A DNA stretch of 64,000 bases from Candidatus Harrisonbacteria bacterium (lineage in GTDB: Bacteria; Patescibacteriota; Minisyncoccia; UBA6257; UBA11618). Position numbers and translations under genes: made by a program. The stretch is from assembly GCA_016867415.1 (NCBI GenBank), contig VGJO01000001.1, forward strand, positions 80,052 to 144,051. The letters run 5' to 3'. Each line of letters starts with the position of its first letter. Within the stretch, counting starts at the first letter, position 1. This document shows positions 54,723-64,000 of the stretch, piece by piece. The notes below the pieces were generated by a model, which had not been told where the DNA came from, ran no database searches, and saw only the letters and a list, made by a program, of their open reading frames with translations.

Positions 54723-55590
54723 TGGTAAGCGAGGAAATCATTAATAAAAAATCTTTCCGAACAAAGCTTTTTTTTATTGCTTCCTGTATCATATCTTCCG
54801 TTATAAAATTTTGATCAAGCGCTTCCTTAGCTAAAGAAAAAAAGAATCGCTCTATTTTTTTATCCGGATGAGGCTGGTAAGTATTGGGAATTTTACCCAA
54901 TAATCGAAAGAATGGTTCTCGAGGGATAATCCCAAAAAACTTTGGTAAGGGGTTCATTGTGAAGTCTATTGGTAATCCTGTTTTCCAAGGTTGAGTGAGG
55001 CGGTTGGTAGTATGAAGAAGTTTAGTTTCTGAGGTAAGAGTGTCCAGATTATTCCATATTCGCGACAAAGGAAGAATGCTCTTTTCTTTCTTAAGAGTCA
55101 TTATTGAATCATAATCCTCCCGTTTTTCTTCAAGATCAGCGAGCATTTTCTCTAAAGAGATCTGAGAGAGTTTCTCACAATCCATTATCATCACGCTCGT
55201 ATCCCAAGCGTTCTTTCTCGGGCAACAGGCAATAGCCTTCCCTTCTAGATTCATAAAAAAAAGTTCTCCGATATTTTGTACGGCGAAGATATCAGGATCT
55301 ATTACCACTGCTCTTCCTTTATATCCCATTAATTGAGGTGGTATAAAACGAGAAAGAGTAAATGACTGAAGGTCATTGGGGTTGTAAGTTACCAGTTTTC
55401 CTTTCCTAAAATATGTTTTACCCGAAAATCTTTTAAATAAATCAAGCTCATCGACATTTACTATCTCAATTTCATAATCGTCACCTGCTTTTTTTGTCTT
55501 AGTCAGGGCAAAAGCGGCAAGAAGCGCTCCTATTTTCTGCTTATTATTTGCCTGAATAAATACCTTGCGTAAAACCGCCATATTCACCAT
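54715..55590 (-). CDS. hypothetical protein, possibly GT-A-fold nucleotide-sugar transferase
   Basis: VVIDPDIF (DxD-like) and LHTTNRLTQPWK (GT8-like H..KPW). Overlaps the flippase gene by 8 nt. Confidence 0.4.
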   Translation of the reverse strand: MVNMAVLRKVFIQANNKQKIGALLAAFALTKTKKAGDDYEIEIVNVDELDLFKRFSGKTYFRKGKLVTYNPNDLQSFTLSRFIPPQLMGYKGRAVVIDPDIFAVQNIGELFFMNLEGKAIACCPRKNAWDTSVMIMDCEKLSQISLEKMLADLEEKREDYDSIMTLKKEKSILPLSRIWNNLDTLTSETKLLHTTNRLTQPWKTGLPIDFTMNPLPKFFGIIPREPFFRLLGKIPNTYQPHPDKKIERFFFSLAKEALDQNFITEDMIQEAIKKSFVRKDFLLMISSLTND

Positions 55591-55610
55591 AATACCTATG
55601 TTTTTTCACT

Positions 55611-56573
55611 ATGAAAAGCCGGAATAAAAACGAGTTAGGTGATTTTATAAAAACCCAAATTAAAGGGCTTTCTTCTATTCCTAAAGAAAATAGCGAAGAG
55701 TTAATAAAGAATATTATCAATATTTTAGTAAAAAAAGAGGGGAAAGTGGTTATCTCTGGTATTGGTAAGTCGGGTTTCGTTGGAAAAAAAATAGCTTCTA
55801 CCTTTTTAAGTTTTGGACTTGAAGCTTCTTTTCTTCATCCAGTAGAAGCGTTTCATGGTGATTTAGGGATGGTAAGAGGGTGCGATACTTTGATCTGCGT
55901 ATCAAACAGTGGTGAAACAAAAGAATTACTTCGTTTGTTGAATAATATCCCTTCGGAGTGCGCGGTAGTCACTATTACCGGAAACAAAAAAAGTTCTTTG
56001 GCAGAGAAGAGTCAGTTTGTCCTTAGTTATAAAGTAGAAGATGAGGGTTCTCCTCATAATCTAGCTCCTATGAGTAGCGTAATCGCTGCTATGGCGGTAG
56101 GGGATTTTTTAGCCGGTTCATATGCGAAAGTAGTTAATTTTTCTAAAAAGAATTTCTCCAAATTTCATCCCAGCGGTTTTTTGAATCTTAAAGCGGCTTC
56201 TGTAGCGACGCTTATGAAATCAGGAAAGGATATTCCTAAAGTCAGCCCCTCTTCTTCTTTGAAGGAGCTTATTAGAGAAATGTCGGGAAAAAAGTTAGGC
56301 GTCACGCTTGTGCTAGAAAAAGGGGTTTTGAAAGGAATTATTACCGACGGTGATTTGCGAAGATTCTTTGAGCGGTCAGATTTTTCATTTTCTGCCAAAG
56401 CGGAAAAAATCATGACGAAGAATCCTGCTTCTATAGATAAAGAAAAAAGCTTAAAAGAAGCCCTGGATATTTTAGAAAAGAAAAAAATAACTACTCTACC
56501 GGTAATGGATAAAAAGAGGATAGTAGGAATTCTTCATCTTCACGATGTAATAAGTTATGGAAAGACTAACTAG
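55611..56573 (+). CDS. KpsF/GutQ-family sugar-phosphate isomerase (SIS domain + tandem CBS domains)
   Basis: VVISGIGKSGFVGKKIA SIS P-loop, CVSNSGETKE. C-terminal two CBS repeats. Confidence 0.75.
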   Translation: MKSRNKNELGDFIKTQIKGLSSIPKENSEELIKNIINILVKKEGKVVISGIGKSGFVGKKIASTFLSFGLEASFLHPVEAFHGDLGMVRGCDTLICVSNSGETKELLRLLNNIPSECAVVTITGNKKSSLAEKSQFVLSYKVEDEGSPHNLAPMSSVIAAMAVGDFLAGSYAKVVNFSKKNFSKFHPSGFLNLKAASVATLMKSGKDIPKVSPSSSLKELIREMSGKKLGVTLVLEKGVLKGIITDGDLRRFFERSDFSFSAKAEKIMTKNPASIDKEKSLKEALDILEKKKITTLPVMDKKRIVGILHLHDVISYGKTN

Positions 56574-57981
56574 AACTGAAGAAGCCAAGCTGATACTCAA
56601 GGAAATAAATCAAATCTTTTACTCAAAAAATTGGGAAAAAGATCTTTATTCCAAAAAAACAAAACACTCTCTTTGGGCTATAAATCAACAAATATTCTTC
56701 AATAAAATCCTTTCCGAGCTAGAAGGAAAGAAAGATAAGAAAGAAAAAATTTTTTTTTGGCTGGAAAACATAATATTTTTCTTTCTTTCTATTTCTTCTA
56801 ATTTCTTCTTCTCTTTTCTTTGCCGAATAAAACAAAAAGAAATAGGGGTCTACGCAATTTATAAAGGAAAAGATAAAGATTTTCGTCTTAAAAAGTTCTT
56901 TTCTTTCCTGGATAAAGAGCGAATAGAATACGGAAATATTGTATATTGCGGAACTAAATCTTTGGTATGGAGGGCAATCGCTTCAAATAGATTTCCTCTT
57001 TTTATAAAAACTCCGCTACCTTTTCCAAAAAGATGCAGCGGACCTCAATTAGAAAAAGAAGATCTTCAAAAGATAGAGAGTGAACAGTATAGAAAAATAA
57101 TCTCAAAGCTTTTTCCTATTTTTATTCGTCTTTCTCAAAAAAATAGGTTTGAAATAAAATTCCTTTCTTTTTTTCTGAAAGCAAGTGGCATTAAAAAAAT
57201 TTTCGCCATTGATGATTATCGTCATATGTTTCTTCTCACTGAAGCCGCTCATGAGAGTAGAGTGAATATCATCTTCATTCAACATGGTCGGTTTAATAAA
57301 TCACTGGGATGGCTTAACGACTTTATTGATTCATCCCTTTATCCTATCCCAGAAGAATATCTCTTAAAAAATGAATTTTGGAGAAAAGCGTTATTAAAAA
57401 ATAGTAATATATTTACTAACTATACAAATAGACTAAAGATATTTGGTTCCGCCTCTGAAGACATATCGTTTGAAAATAAAGAAAATAAAGAAAAAAAGGA
57501 GATTATTTCCATACTAATTCCGTATGAGACCGCCACTGATCATGAAGAAATTCGCTCGATAGTGGAAGAGATAAAAAAGGACAAAAAATATTATATTTTT
57601 TTCCGTCCTCGACCTGATCTTGATAAAGAGAAGCAGCTTAAAGATTATTCTTTGCCTTCTTCTACAAAAATAGTGGAAGACATTAATTCTTTTCTTAAAA
57701 ATGAATCCATTGATTTTATTTTAGGGACGTACACTACTCTCCTTTACGAATTCGCAGCGGTAAGTATTCCTTCTATAATAGTAGAAACCAAGAATACCGA
57801 CGCTTTTGATCTCTTTGAAGAAAAACTTGGTTTTCTAGTGAGGAAAGAAAATTGCACAGAAGAAATAGCAAAAAAACACTCTGACCTTTCCTGGTTTAAT
57901 AAAACAAAAGCGGCAGAGCTTGTAATAAAAGACGATTTTATTAAAAACTGCAAAGAAGTTTTAAAAAATGTGCGGAATTAA
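56557..57981 (+). CDS. hypothetical protein
   Basis: 474-aa ORF in operon context (overlaps neighbours). No confident motif. Confidence 0.45.
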   Translation: MERLTRTEEAKLILKEINQIFYSKNWEKDLYSKKTKHSLWAINQQIFFNKILSELEGKKDKKEKIFFWLENIIFFFLSISSNFFFSFLCRIKQKEIGVYAIYKGKDKDFRLKKFFSFLDKERIEYGNIVYCGTKSLVWRAIASNRFPLFIKTPLPFPKRCSGPQLEKEDLQKIESEQYRKIISKLFPIFIRLSQKNRFEIKFLSFFLKASGIKKIFAIDDYRHMFLLTEAAHESRVNIIFIQHGRFNKSLGWLNDFIDSSLYPIPEEYLLKNEFWRKALLKNSNIFTNYTNRLKIFGSASEDISFENKENKEKKEIISILIPYETATDHEEIRSIVEEIKKDKKYYIFFRPRPDLDKEKQLKDYSLPSSTKIVEDINSFLKNESIDFILGTYTTLLYEFAAVSIPSIIVETKNTDAFDLFEEKLGFLVRKENCTEEIAKKHSDLSWFNKTKAAELVIKDDFIKNCKEVLKNVRN

Positions 57982-59824
57982 CGGCTACAGTTTCAGCGAT
58001 AACGACCTTATCAGAAGAATGAATAAGGCGACAAAGCATCGAGGACCTGACGGAGAGGGGGTATTTGTAAATGAAGACATATCTTTTGGGCATAACCTTC
58101 TTTCTATTACTGACACGCCTTTGCATTCTCATCAGCCTTTTGTAAGCGAAGATAAAAAGAGAGTTCTAGTCTATAACGGAGAAATATATAACTACCGGAA
58201 TCTTCGGAGTGTCCTGGAAAAAAAATATTCTATAAATTTTAAAACTGACTGCGATACAGAAGTTCTTTTCTGGGGCATTTGCAAGGAAGGTATTAATTTT
58301 CTTTCTCGAGTAAATGGCATGTATGCTTTTGCTTTTTATAATGCTGAGGAGAAGAAAATAATTCTTTCTCGAGATCCTTCCGGCATCAAGCCTCTCTACT
58401 ATTACACATCAAAATCTCACCTATTTTTTTCCTCAGAGATCAAGGGATTATTTGCTTCTGAAGCAGAGAGAACCTTAGATTATGATGGATTTTCTCTTTA
58501 CTACTTTCTAGGATATATTCCCGGGGAAAGGACTTTGATAAAGAATATAAAAAAACTTACTCCCGGAGAGGTGATAGAGTACGATCTTATAAAAAATACC
58601 TTAGTAAAAAAGAAAGTCTTACTTCTAAATAAAAAAGAAACAAAAGAAAAAAGTGCTCCAAGTGAAATAAGGAATACGATTTCTGAAGCTGTCGAAAGAC
58701 ACTTAATAGGTCTTCGCCCTTTCGGTATGTATTTAAGTGGGGGATTAGATTCTTCTATTATTTTCTACGAGTTAGTAAAGAGTGGAAAAAAATGCATCAC
58801 CTACACCACTCGATTTGAGGCAAAAGATTATAAGTATAATGAAGACGCAAACATTGCCCAAAGATTTTCGGAGGATCTAGGGATAGAGCACAGAGAGCTC
58901 TATGTGACAGAAAAGGATTTTATAAGAGATTATGAAGAGTCCATCTCAACCATTGAGGAACCGCGTTACAATCCTTCTATTGGAGCATATTTTGCTCTCG
59001 CTCGCCTTGCCGCCAAAGAATCAACTGTGATCGTAAATGGTAGTGGGGGAGATGAGCTTTTTTTCGGTTATCCCAAGTACATGGAATCAAGAAAGATCTC
59101 TGATAAACTTTCGAAATATGGTAATAACCTGGCTCAAATACTTTTTCTCTCTCATTTTATTAAGAGCGGATTTATTAAAAATATTCCTGATTTTTTTAAT
59201 TTTCTCCAACTAAACAAACCTCTCGACCGCTGGGTCTATCTTAATAGAATCAACTCCACACCTTTTAAAAATGGATTTCATTCACAAAGCTTAAAAACAG
59301 TCCGCGATCTCCTTATGAAGGAGCTTCCTTTATTTTCTTCTGATGATACTGAAAACAATATCGCTATCCTTGATAGGATTTTCTGGCTAGCAAACGAAGA
59401 ATTTATCAGAACTGATAAAATAACCATGCATTTTGGCATGGAAGGACGATTCCCATTGCTAGATAAGGAAGTAGTGGACTTAGCGTACAATATTCCAAGT
59501 AGACAAAAACTTGTAAATGGTAATCTTAAGGCGCTCCTAAAAGAAAGCTACAAGGACAAACTCCCCGACTACATTATAAACAAGAAAAAGACCGGCTGGA
59601 CCGCACCCGTAGCAGAGTGGATGGAAAAACCCTCATTCTCTTCTTTCATAAAAGAAGTTTCCACTCCTTCCTTTTATAAGGAAATGAATCCGTTAATGCA
59701 AAAAACAATAGAAAGTAATTATATGGAGAAAAGAGGCTCATGGAGTACGGTTCACTTAAAAAAGATTATGCCTCTCATCGCTTTTAAAATCTGGGCAAAA
59801 AACTTCAACATCACCCTTCCCTAA
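57968..59824 (+). CDS. asparagine synthetase family amidotransferase (second paralog)
   Basis: MCGINGY (Cys2), YLSGGLDSS PP-loop. Confidence 0.85.
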   Translation: MCGINGYSFSDNDLIRRMNKATKHRGPDGEGVFVNEDISFGHNLLSITDTPLHSHQPFVSEDKKRVLVYNGEIYNYRNLRSVLEKKYSINFKTDCDTEVLFWGICKEGINFLSRVNGMYAFAFYNAEEKKIILSRDPSGIKPLYYYTSKSHLFFSSEIKGLFASEAERTLDYDGFSLYYFLGYIPGERTLIKNIKKLTPGEVIEYDLIKNTLVKKKVLLLNKKETKEKSAPSEIRNTISEAVERHLIGLRPFGMYLSGGLDSSIIFYELVKSGKKCITYTTRFEAKDYKYNEDANIAQRFSEDLGIEHRELYVTEKDFIRDYEESISTIEEPRYNPSIGAYFALARLAAKESTVIVNGSGGDELFFGYPKYMESRKISDKLSKYGNNLAQILFLSHFIKSGFIKNIPDFFNFLQLNKPLDRWVYLNRINSTPFKNGFHSQSLKTVRDLLMKELPLFSSDDTENNIAILDRIFWLANEEFIRTDKITMHFGMEGRFPLLDKEVVDLAYNIPSRQKLVNGNLKALLKESYKDKLPDYIINKKKTGWTAPVAEWMEKPSFSSFIKEVSTPSFYKEMNPLMQKTIESNYMEKRGSWSTVHLKKIMPLIAFKIWAKNFNITLP

Positions 59825-59839
59825 AATAAAGAAGATAGC

Positions 59840-60469
59840 ATGAATCAAAACCGAGGTATTTTTGATGGGATTCTTATCGAGAAAAGCCTTCTTGAACTTA
59901 AAGAGCTTTGGCAAAAGCAAGTAACGCAACTTGTTCAAGAAGAAAAAAACATAACTTCTCTTCCTGATAAGCTCCATGTTCAATTAACTAATTATGTAAG
60001 TCAAAAAACCTATGAAGAATATAGATCTCGTGCTGATGTTGCGTGTGCAGATTTGGTGATTGTTACTAAGAGAGATGACGGTCACTGGGGCGTACTCTTA
60101 AGTAAACGTGGATCCGGAAAGTCTTTTGCTAGAAGTTGGTGGATATATGGAGGATCTATCCCTTCGTATTCCTCAATTCCTGATTTTATTGCCAAGCGAA
60201 GTGAAGAAGAATCCGGAGTAAAGGCTACTCCTGTCCTCCTTCTCGGCGTCTATCGGACCTGCGCCCCTGATTTTGTAGGCTCTTCAGTCAACCTTTGCTA
60301 TCTCGGAATCGCTTCCTGGAGCGAAGTCGAGAGAGTAGCAGGTGTTGATAAGGATCATGATTGCATTGGATGTTTCACTGCAGGCGATATTGAGGAATTG
60401 AAGCGAAATGAGGAGGTTCATTGGTACCCTCTTCACGTTGCTTCTCGTGCGCTTGAGATCGTTTCTTAA
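59840..60469 (+). CDS. hypothetical protein (weak Nudix-like box)
   Basis: IPDFIAKRSEEESGV loosely resembles RExxEExG. Otherwise unknown. Confidence 0.4.
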   Translation: MNQNRGIFDGILIEKSLLELKELWQKQVTQLVQEEKNITSLPDKLHVQLTNYVSQKTYEEYRSRADVACADLVIVTKRDDGHWGVLLSKRGSGKSFARSWWIYGGSIPSYSSIPDFIAKRSEEESGVKATPVLLLGVYRTCAPDFVGSSVNLCYLGIASWSEVERVAGVDKDHDCIGCFTAGDIEELKRNEEVHWYPLHVASRALEIVS

Positions 60470-60500
60470 TCCTCATTTCGAAGAAAAAAGGTCCTTAACT

Positions 60501-60527
60501 AGGAGGCGATGTCCGCCTCCTTTTTTT
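60501..60527 (+). terminator. intrinsic terminator
   Basis: Stem aggaggcg/cgcctcct, 5-nt loop, T7. Confidence 0.75.
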
Positions 60528-60589
60528 ATAGAAATATTTGAAAAAAAGGCAAAATTACCTATAATTAGCTTTGTTTAAAGAAAGTAGTC

Positions 60590-61690
60590 ATGCGGAAATT
60601 AGAGCGAAAAACAAAAGAAAAAAATCCTCCTTCTCAAAAAATCCTCCTCATTATTGGCGGGGCTGGTTTCATTGGAATTAATGCCGCTCGTCATTTTTTA
60701 ATGAAAAAAAACTGGTCGGTGATTATTTTTGATAACCTTTCAAGAAAAGGTTCGGATCTTAACCTCGCTCAATTAAAAAAGGATTTCCCCAAAGCTATTC
60801 ACTTCGTAAAAGGAGATATCGTAAGAGATATAACTGCGCTCAAACGTGAAGTAAATAAAAGTGATGCAGTGATTCACCTTGCCGCTCAAGTAGCGGTTAC
60901 TACCTCTGTTACCGATCCTAGAACTGATTTTGAGATCAATGCCCTTGGTACTTTCAATGTTCTAGAAGCGATCCGATTAAGCAAAAAGAAACCGTCTCTT
61001 ATTTATTCCTCTACTAACAAAGTATATGGCGGACTTGAAGATCTATCTGTAAAAGAATTAAAAAATCGGTACGAATTTTCCTCAAAAGAGTTCCGAGAGC
61101 AAGGTGTCTCGGAAGAGCGAAATCTAGATTTTCATTCCCCGTATGGCTGCAGTAAAGGGGCGGCTGATCAGTATGTGATTGATTATAGTCGGATCTATGG
61201 CTTAAAAACCGTGGTTTTTCGCCAGTCCTGCATCTATGGCCGCCATCAGTTTGGAGTTGAAGACCAAGGTTGGGTTGCTTGGTTTATGATTGCCTGCTTA
61301 GTTGGTCGCCCCATTACTATTTACGGAAATGGGAAACAAATTCGTGATATTTTATTTGTTGATGACCTAGTTGATCTCTATTCCCTAGCTCTTTCAAACA
61401 TCGAGAAAGTATCCGGCCGAGCCTACAACATTGGCGCTGGACCTAAACATACGATTTCTCTCATTGAGCTTTTGAGTTTTTTCAAAGAAAAATTTGGATT
61501 TGATCCAAAGCTTTCCCATGCTGCCATTCGTCCCGGTGATCAACCTATTTTTGTTTGTGATATTAAAAAGATTAAAAAAGATCTTGGCTGGGAGCCAAAG
61601 ACTAATATCAATGAAGGTCTTCACTGTCTGCGGGATTGGCTAGAAGATAATAAGCAAGTATTAACGAAGTTTTTCGGGAAGAATAATTAA
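60590..61690 (+). CDS. NAD-dependent epimerase/dehydratase (extended SDR; CDP-paratose 2-epimerase / UDP-sugar epimerase-like)
   Basis: GGAGFIGINAA (GxxGxxG), YGCSKGAADQY (YxxxK). Confidence 0.8.
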   Translation: MRKLERKTKEKNPPSQKILLIIGGAGFIGINAARHFLMKKNWSVIIFDNLSRKGSDLNLAQLKKDFPKAIHFVKGDIVRDITALKREVNKSDAVIHLAAQVAVTTSVTDPRTDFEINALGTFNVLEAIRLSKKKPSLIYSSTNKVYGGLEDLSVKELKNRYEFSSKEFREQGVSEERNLDFHSPYGCSKGAADQYVIDYSRIYGLKTVVFRQSCIYGRHQFGVEDQGWVAWFMIACLVGRPITIYGNGKQIRDILFVDDLVDLYSLALSNIEKVSGRAYNIGAGPKHTISLIELLSFFKEKFGFDPKLSHAAIRPGDQPIFVCDIKKIKKDLGWEPKTNINEGLHCLRDWLEDNKQVLTKFFGKNN

Positions 61691-61702
61691 TTTCAGCTTT
61701 TC

Positions 61703-62809
61703 TTACCCTTTCGCTACCTTTTTGTAGAGTTCTAAAAACTCCTGAGTGATAATAGACCAATCGTGCGCTTTTGCATAAGCGAAACCCGCTTCTCCCATAT
61801 CTTTTCGTAATTGTTCGTCATCAAGAAGAGCCTCTATTGCTCCCGCTGTTCCGATAACATCGCTTTCTTTTACTAAAAGAGCGGTTTTTCTAACTATAAT
61901 AGCATCCTTTACCCCCCCAGAGTCAGAGGCAATAATAGGCTTCTTGCAAGCCGCAGCTTCTAAGTAGACTATTCCAAAGCCTTCAAAGTTCCAGTTCCCT
62001 AAAACGGGAGTATGAACATAAATATCGCATTCATGAAACTTCTCCGCTACTCTGTCACTATTCACTTCTCCCGCAAAGATGACATTTTCAGTTATCTTTT
62101 CTTCTTTAGTTATTTCCTCAAGTTTTCCTCGTAATTCGCCGGAGCCGACTAATATATAAAGGAAGTCGTTACGTTTCTTCTTTAATAGTCCCAGAGCCCT
62201 AAGAACAATATCCTGACCTTTTCGCGCTTTAAGGCCTCCTACAGTCATAAGAACCTTTTTGTCTCCATATTCTTTTTTTCGGGGAGGGGGAGTCATCTGA
62301 AACTTTTCAAAATCGAGTCCATTGTGAATGACTTGTATAGGAGTCTTGGTTGGGGAAAACTTTTGGATATGATCCCGGGTAAATACGCTTGGCGCCGTTA
62401 TCATGCTTGCGGTATTATAAGCCCAATTAAGGAAATATTTTTCCGGAAACATAAAAAGTGGTTTGATCGCGTATGTTCCCTGAGTCCCTATGATGAGCGA
62501 CTTTTTATATTTTTTTGCGAGCTTTGCGGCTATAAGAGCGTAGGGAAACTCAAAAAAAGAATGAATAAGATCATAACCGCTCGCATCAAAATCAAAAAAG
62601 AGATATTGAAGAATCTTTTTTGATTTCAGATCAAAAATATACTCCGGTAAAATCTCTTTTACTTCAAAGTTGACTTCTTTTTTATTTTTTTGAGGAGGTA
62701 CAAGGAGAGTAATTTCGTGATGTTTACTTACCTCTTTGGTTAGCTCCCAAGTTATTTGGCCATAGCCATCATTCGTACCAAAAACCGAGGAAAAACAGAG
62801 AATTTTCAT
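61703..62809 (-). CDS. glycosyltransferase family 4
   Basis: EGFGIVYLEAAACKKPIIASDSGGVKDAI. Confidence 0.8.
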   Translation of the reverse strand: MKILCFSSVFGTNDGYGQITWELTKEVSKHHEITLLVPPQKNKKEVNFEVKEILPEYIFDLKSKKILQYLFFDFDASGYDLIHSFFEFPYALIAAKLAKKYKKSLIIGTQGTYAIKPLFMFPEKYFLNWAYNTASMITAPSVFTRDHIQKFSPTKTPIQVIHNGLDFEKFQMTPPPRKKEYGDKKVLMTVGGLKARKGQDIVLRALGLLKKKRNDFLYILVGSGELRGKLEEITKEEKITENVIFAGEVNSDRVAEKFHECDIYVHTPVLGNWNFEGFGIVYLEAAACKKPIIASDSGGVKDAIIVRKTALLVKESDVIGTAGAIEALLDDEQLRKDMGEAGFAYAKAHDWSIITQEFLELYKKVAKG

Positions 62810-63438
62810 ATTTGTATCACAAATTGGTTATTTCTTTTATAGGTTTGAAGATGATGATTTTGTGCAAATTCATCAACAGCTTGTTTTACCTCTGGAAGAT
62901 GATAATCATCTCCCGCAAGGACACCACCTTTCTTCATTTTTGAGTAGAAATTTTCCAAATCTTTTTTCACTTGAAAATAACTATGGTCCCCATCAATATA
63001 GATAAAATCAAAAAAACCTTCGTAAAATTGAGAGACTGCTTCATCTGATTTTTTTCTTATGACGTGAACTATATTTTTATCTATCTCCTTTCGTAAGGCG
63101 CGCAACACGAAAGAATATCTATTATCTTGATTATCTTGGTTGTATTTTTCTTTTCCTCCTGGGATTTCTAGCCATGGATCTATTAAATAAAGTTGCTGAG
63201 GTTTAGAAATTCGGATAATTCTTTTAGAAAATAAGCCATTATAAACACCTATTTCTGCACAAACTCCATTTTTTCTAATGCTTTTTAAAAGAAAATCTCT
63301 CGGTTCAGGGAGATGATTTTCAATGCTTTTATAAAGATTTTTTAAAAAAGGTTTTAAGAGTTTTCCAAAGGGATTTGTATTGGCAAAAACTTTAAGGTCA
63401 TTCTTTAGTTTGTAGTCATTTTTATAAAATTTAGCCAT
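62806..63438 (-). CDS. class I SAM-dependent methyltransferase (Methyltransf_24/TylF-like)
   Basis: GVCAEIGVYNGLFS motif I, FIYIDGDHSY. Confidence 0.65.
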   Translation of the reverse strand: MAKFYKNDYKLKNDLKVFANTNPFGKLLKPFLKNLYKSIENHLPEPRDFLLKSIRKNGVCAEIGVYNGLFSKRIIRISKPQQLYLIDPWLEIPGGKEKYNQDNQDNRYSFVLRALRKEIDKNIVHVIRKKSDEAVSQFYEGFFDFIYIDGDHSYFQVKKDLENFYSKMKKGGVLAGDDYHLPEVKQAVDEFAQNHHLQTYKRNNQFVIQI

Positions 63439-63509
63439 AGTTTTATTTTGCCATTTTTTGGTATAAACTCTCTAAAGACTAAGAAATATAAGGAATAAAT
63501 AAAAGGTAT

Positions 63510-64000
63510 ATGTCTAAGTTTTTCGCAAAACTAACCTCCACCAAACCCTCGATGTATTCAAAATCGTTATTTTTGAATATTCTCGGGATGCAATGGTATA
63601 GAATACTTTTTTTCTATTTGATAAGAAAGGTAAAAGCCTCTGTAACCATAAAACCTGAGTATAAAGAGTACTTAAAAATTTTAGAACGTGACGGCGTTAT
63701 CGTTATTCCTAATTTTCTTTCTGAAGCAGATTATAAGGAAGTGTTGGATGAATATCAAACACTCACACCTTCTTTTGTAAGGACTAACCACAATCTTTTA
63801 CCAAGAGTTGATGGGATAAGTATGTATGACAAAAGAGTTTTAGAAAAAAATAGAAACCTGTTTCTTAAAAGCGATCTAATTCGAAGTTTAGTTTCTTCTT
63901 ATCTCAATAGATATTATAATTTACAGCTCCCAATAGATTACAATCGCATCTACTGTAATCAGGAAGATTTAGATAAACCTAGAAATGGTGGTACCAATAA
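63510..64000 (+). CDS. hypothetical protein, 5' part (runs off window end); possibly PhyH-like 2OG/Fe(II) oxygenase
   Basis: ATG 63510 with AAAAGG upstream, open frame to the window end. ILERDGVIVIPNFLSEADYKEV resembles PhyH-family N-termini. Not in the ORF track because no stop is reached. Confidence 0.4.
   Translation, partial: MSKFFAKLTSTKPSMYSKSLFLNILGMQWYRILFFYLIRKVKASVTIKPEYKEYLKILERDGVIVIPNFLSEADYKEVLDEYQTLTPSFVRTNHNLLPRVDGISMYDKRVLEKNRNLFLKSDLIRSLVSSYLNRYYNLQLPIDYNRIYCNQEDLDKPRNGGTN

Noticed and set aside
1-64000. rRNA, RNase P RNA, tmRNA, SRP RNA, transposase/integrase or prophage genes
   Set aside because: Signature motifs (e.g. AGTCCGGGC for RNase P) were not found by eye, and no ORF has transposase or integrase motifs. 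Absence is by inspection only.

Overview
This is a low-GC, gene-dense bacterial fragment. Its gene content (RNase J plus RNase Y, a type-2-like IleRS, many GT4 glycosyltransferases, Wzy_C-TPR proteins) and small intergenic spacers suggest a reduced-genome lineage, possibly Patescibacteria/CPR-like; that placement is inference. The first ~27 kb is mostly housekeeping: ileS (3' part), trpS, RNase J, an ABC family-5 solute-binding protein, secG, gpmI, RNase Y, HU, an ECF sigma/anti-sigma pair, lepB, ftsK, an IscS-like cysteine desulfurase and clpB. It also carries four tRNAs: Leu-CAG, Gly-UCC, and an adjacent Arg-UCU/Pro-UGG pair. From ~18.8 to 22 kb there is a more GC-rich island of three secreted Gly/Tyr/Pro-rich or repeat proteins, each with a sigma70-type promoter and an intrinsic terminator. 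From ~29 kb to the window end lies a large cell-surface/glycan locus. It contains a 1145-aa Thr/Ser/Gly-rich surface protein with a peptidoglycan-binding-like domain and two Wzy_C (O-antigen-ligase/PglL-like) + TPR membrane proteins. It also has at least six GT4 glycosyltransferases (one fused to a polysaccharide deacetylase), a DPM1-like GT2, a Wzx-like flippase, two AsnB-type amidotransferases and a sulfotransferase. An ATP-grasp enzyme, a PHP phosphoesterase, a KpsF-like SIS+CBS isomerase, two SAM methyltransferases, an NAD-dependent epimerase/dehydratase and putative 2OG/Fe oxygenases complete the locus. The most unusual feature is a dispersed, strictly co-oriented intergenic repeat family of ~95-180 nt imperfect palindromes with covarying hairpins. 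It occurs 13 times (11 typical, 2 tRNA-adjacent, plus fragments), often ending 10-25 nt before start codons. A second, short (~28 nt) hairpin repeat occurs three times inside the glycan locus. No rRNA, CRISPR array, transposase or integrase was recognised.
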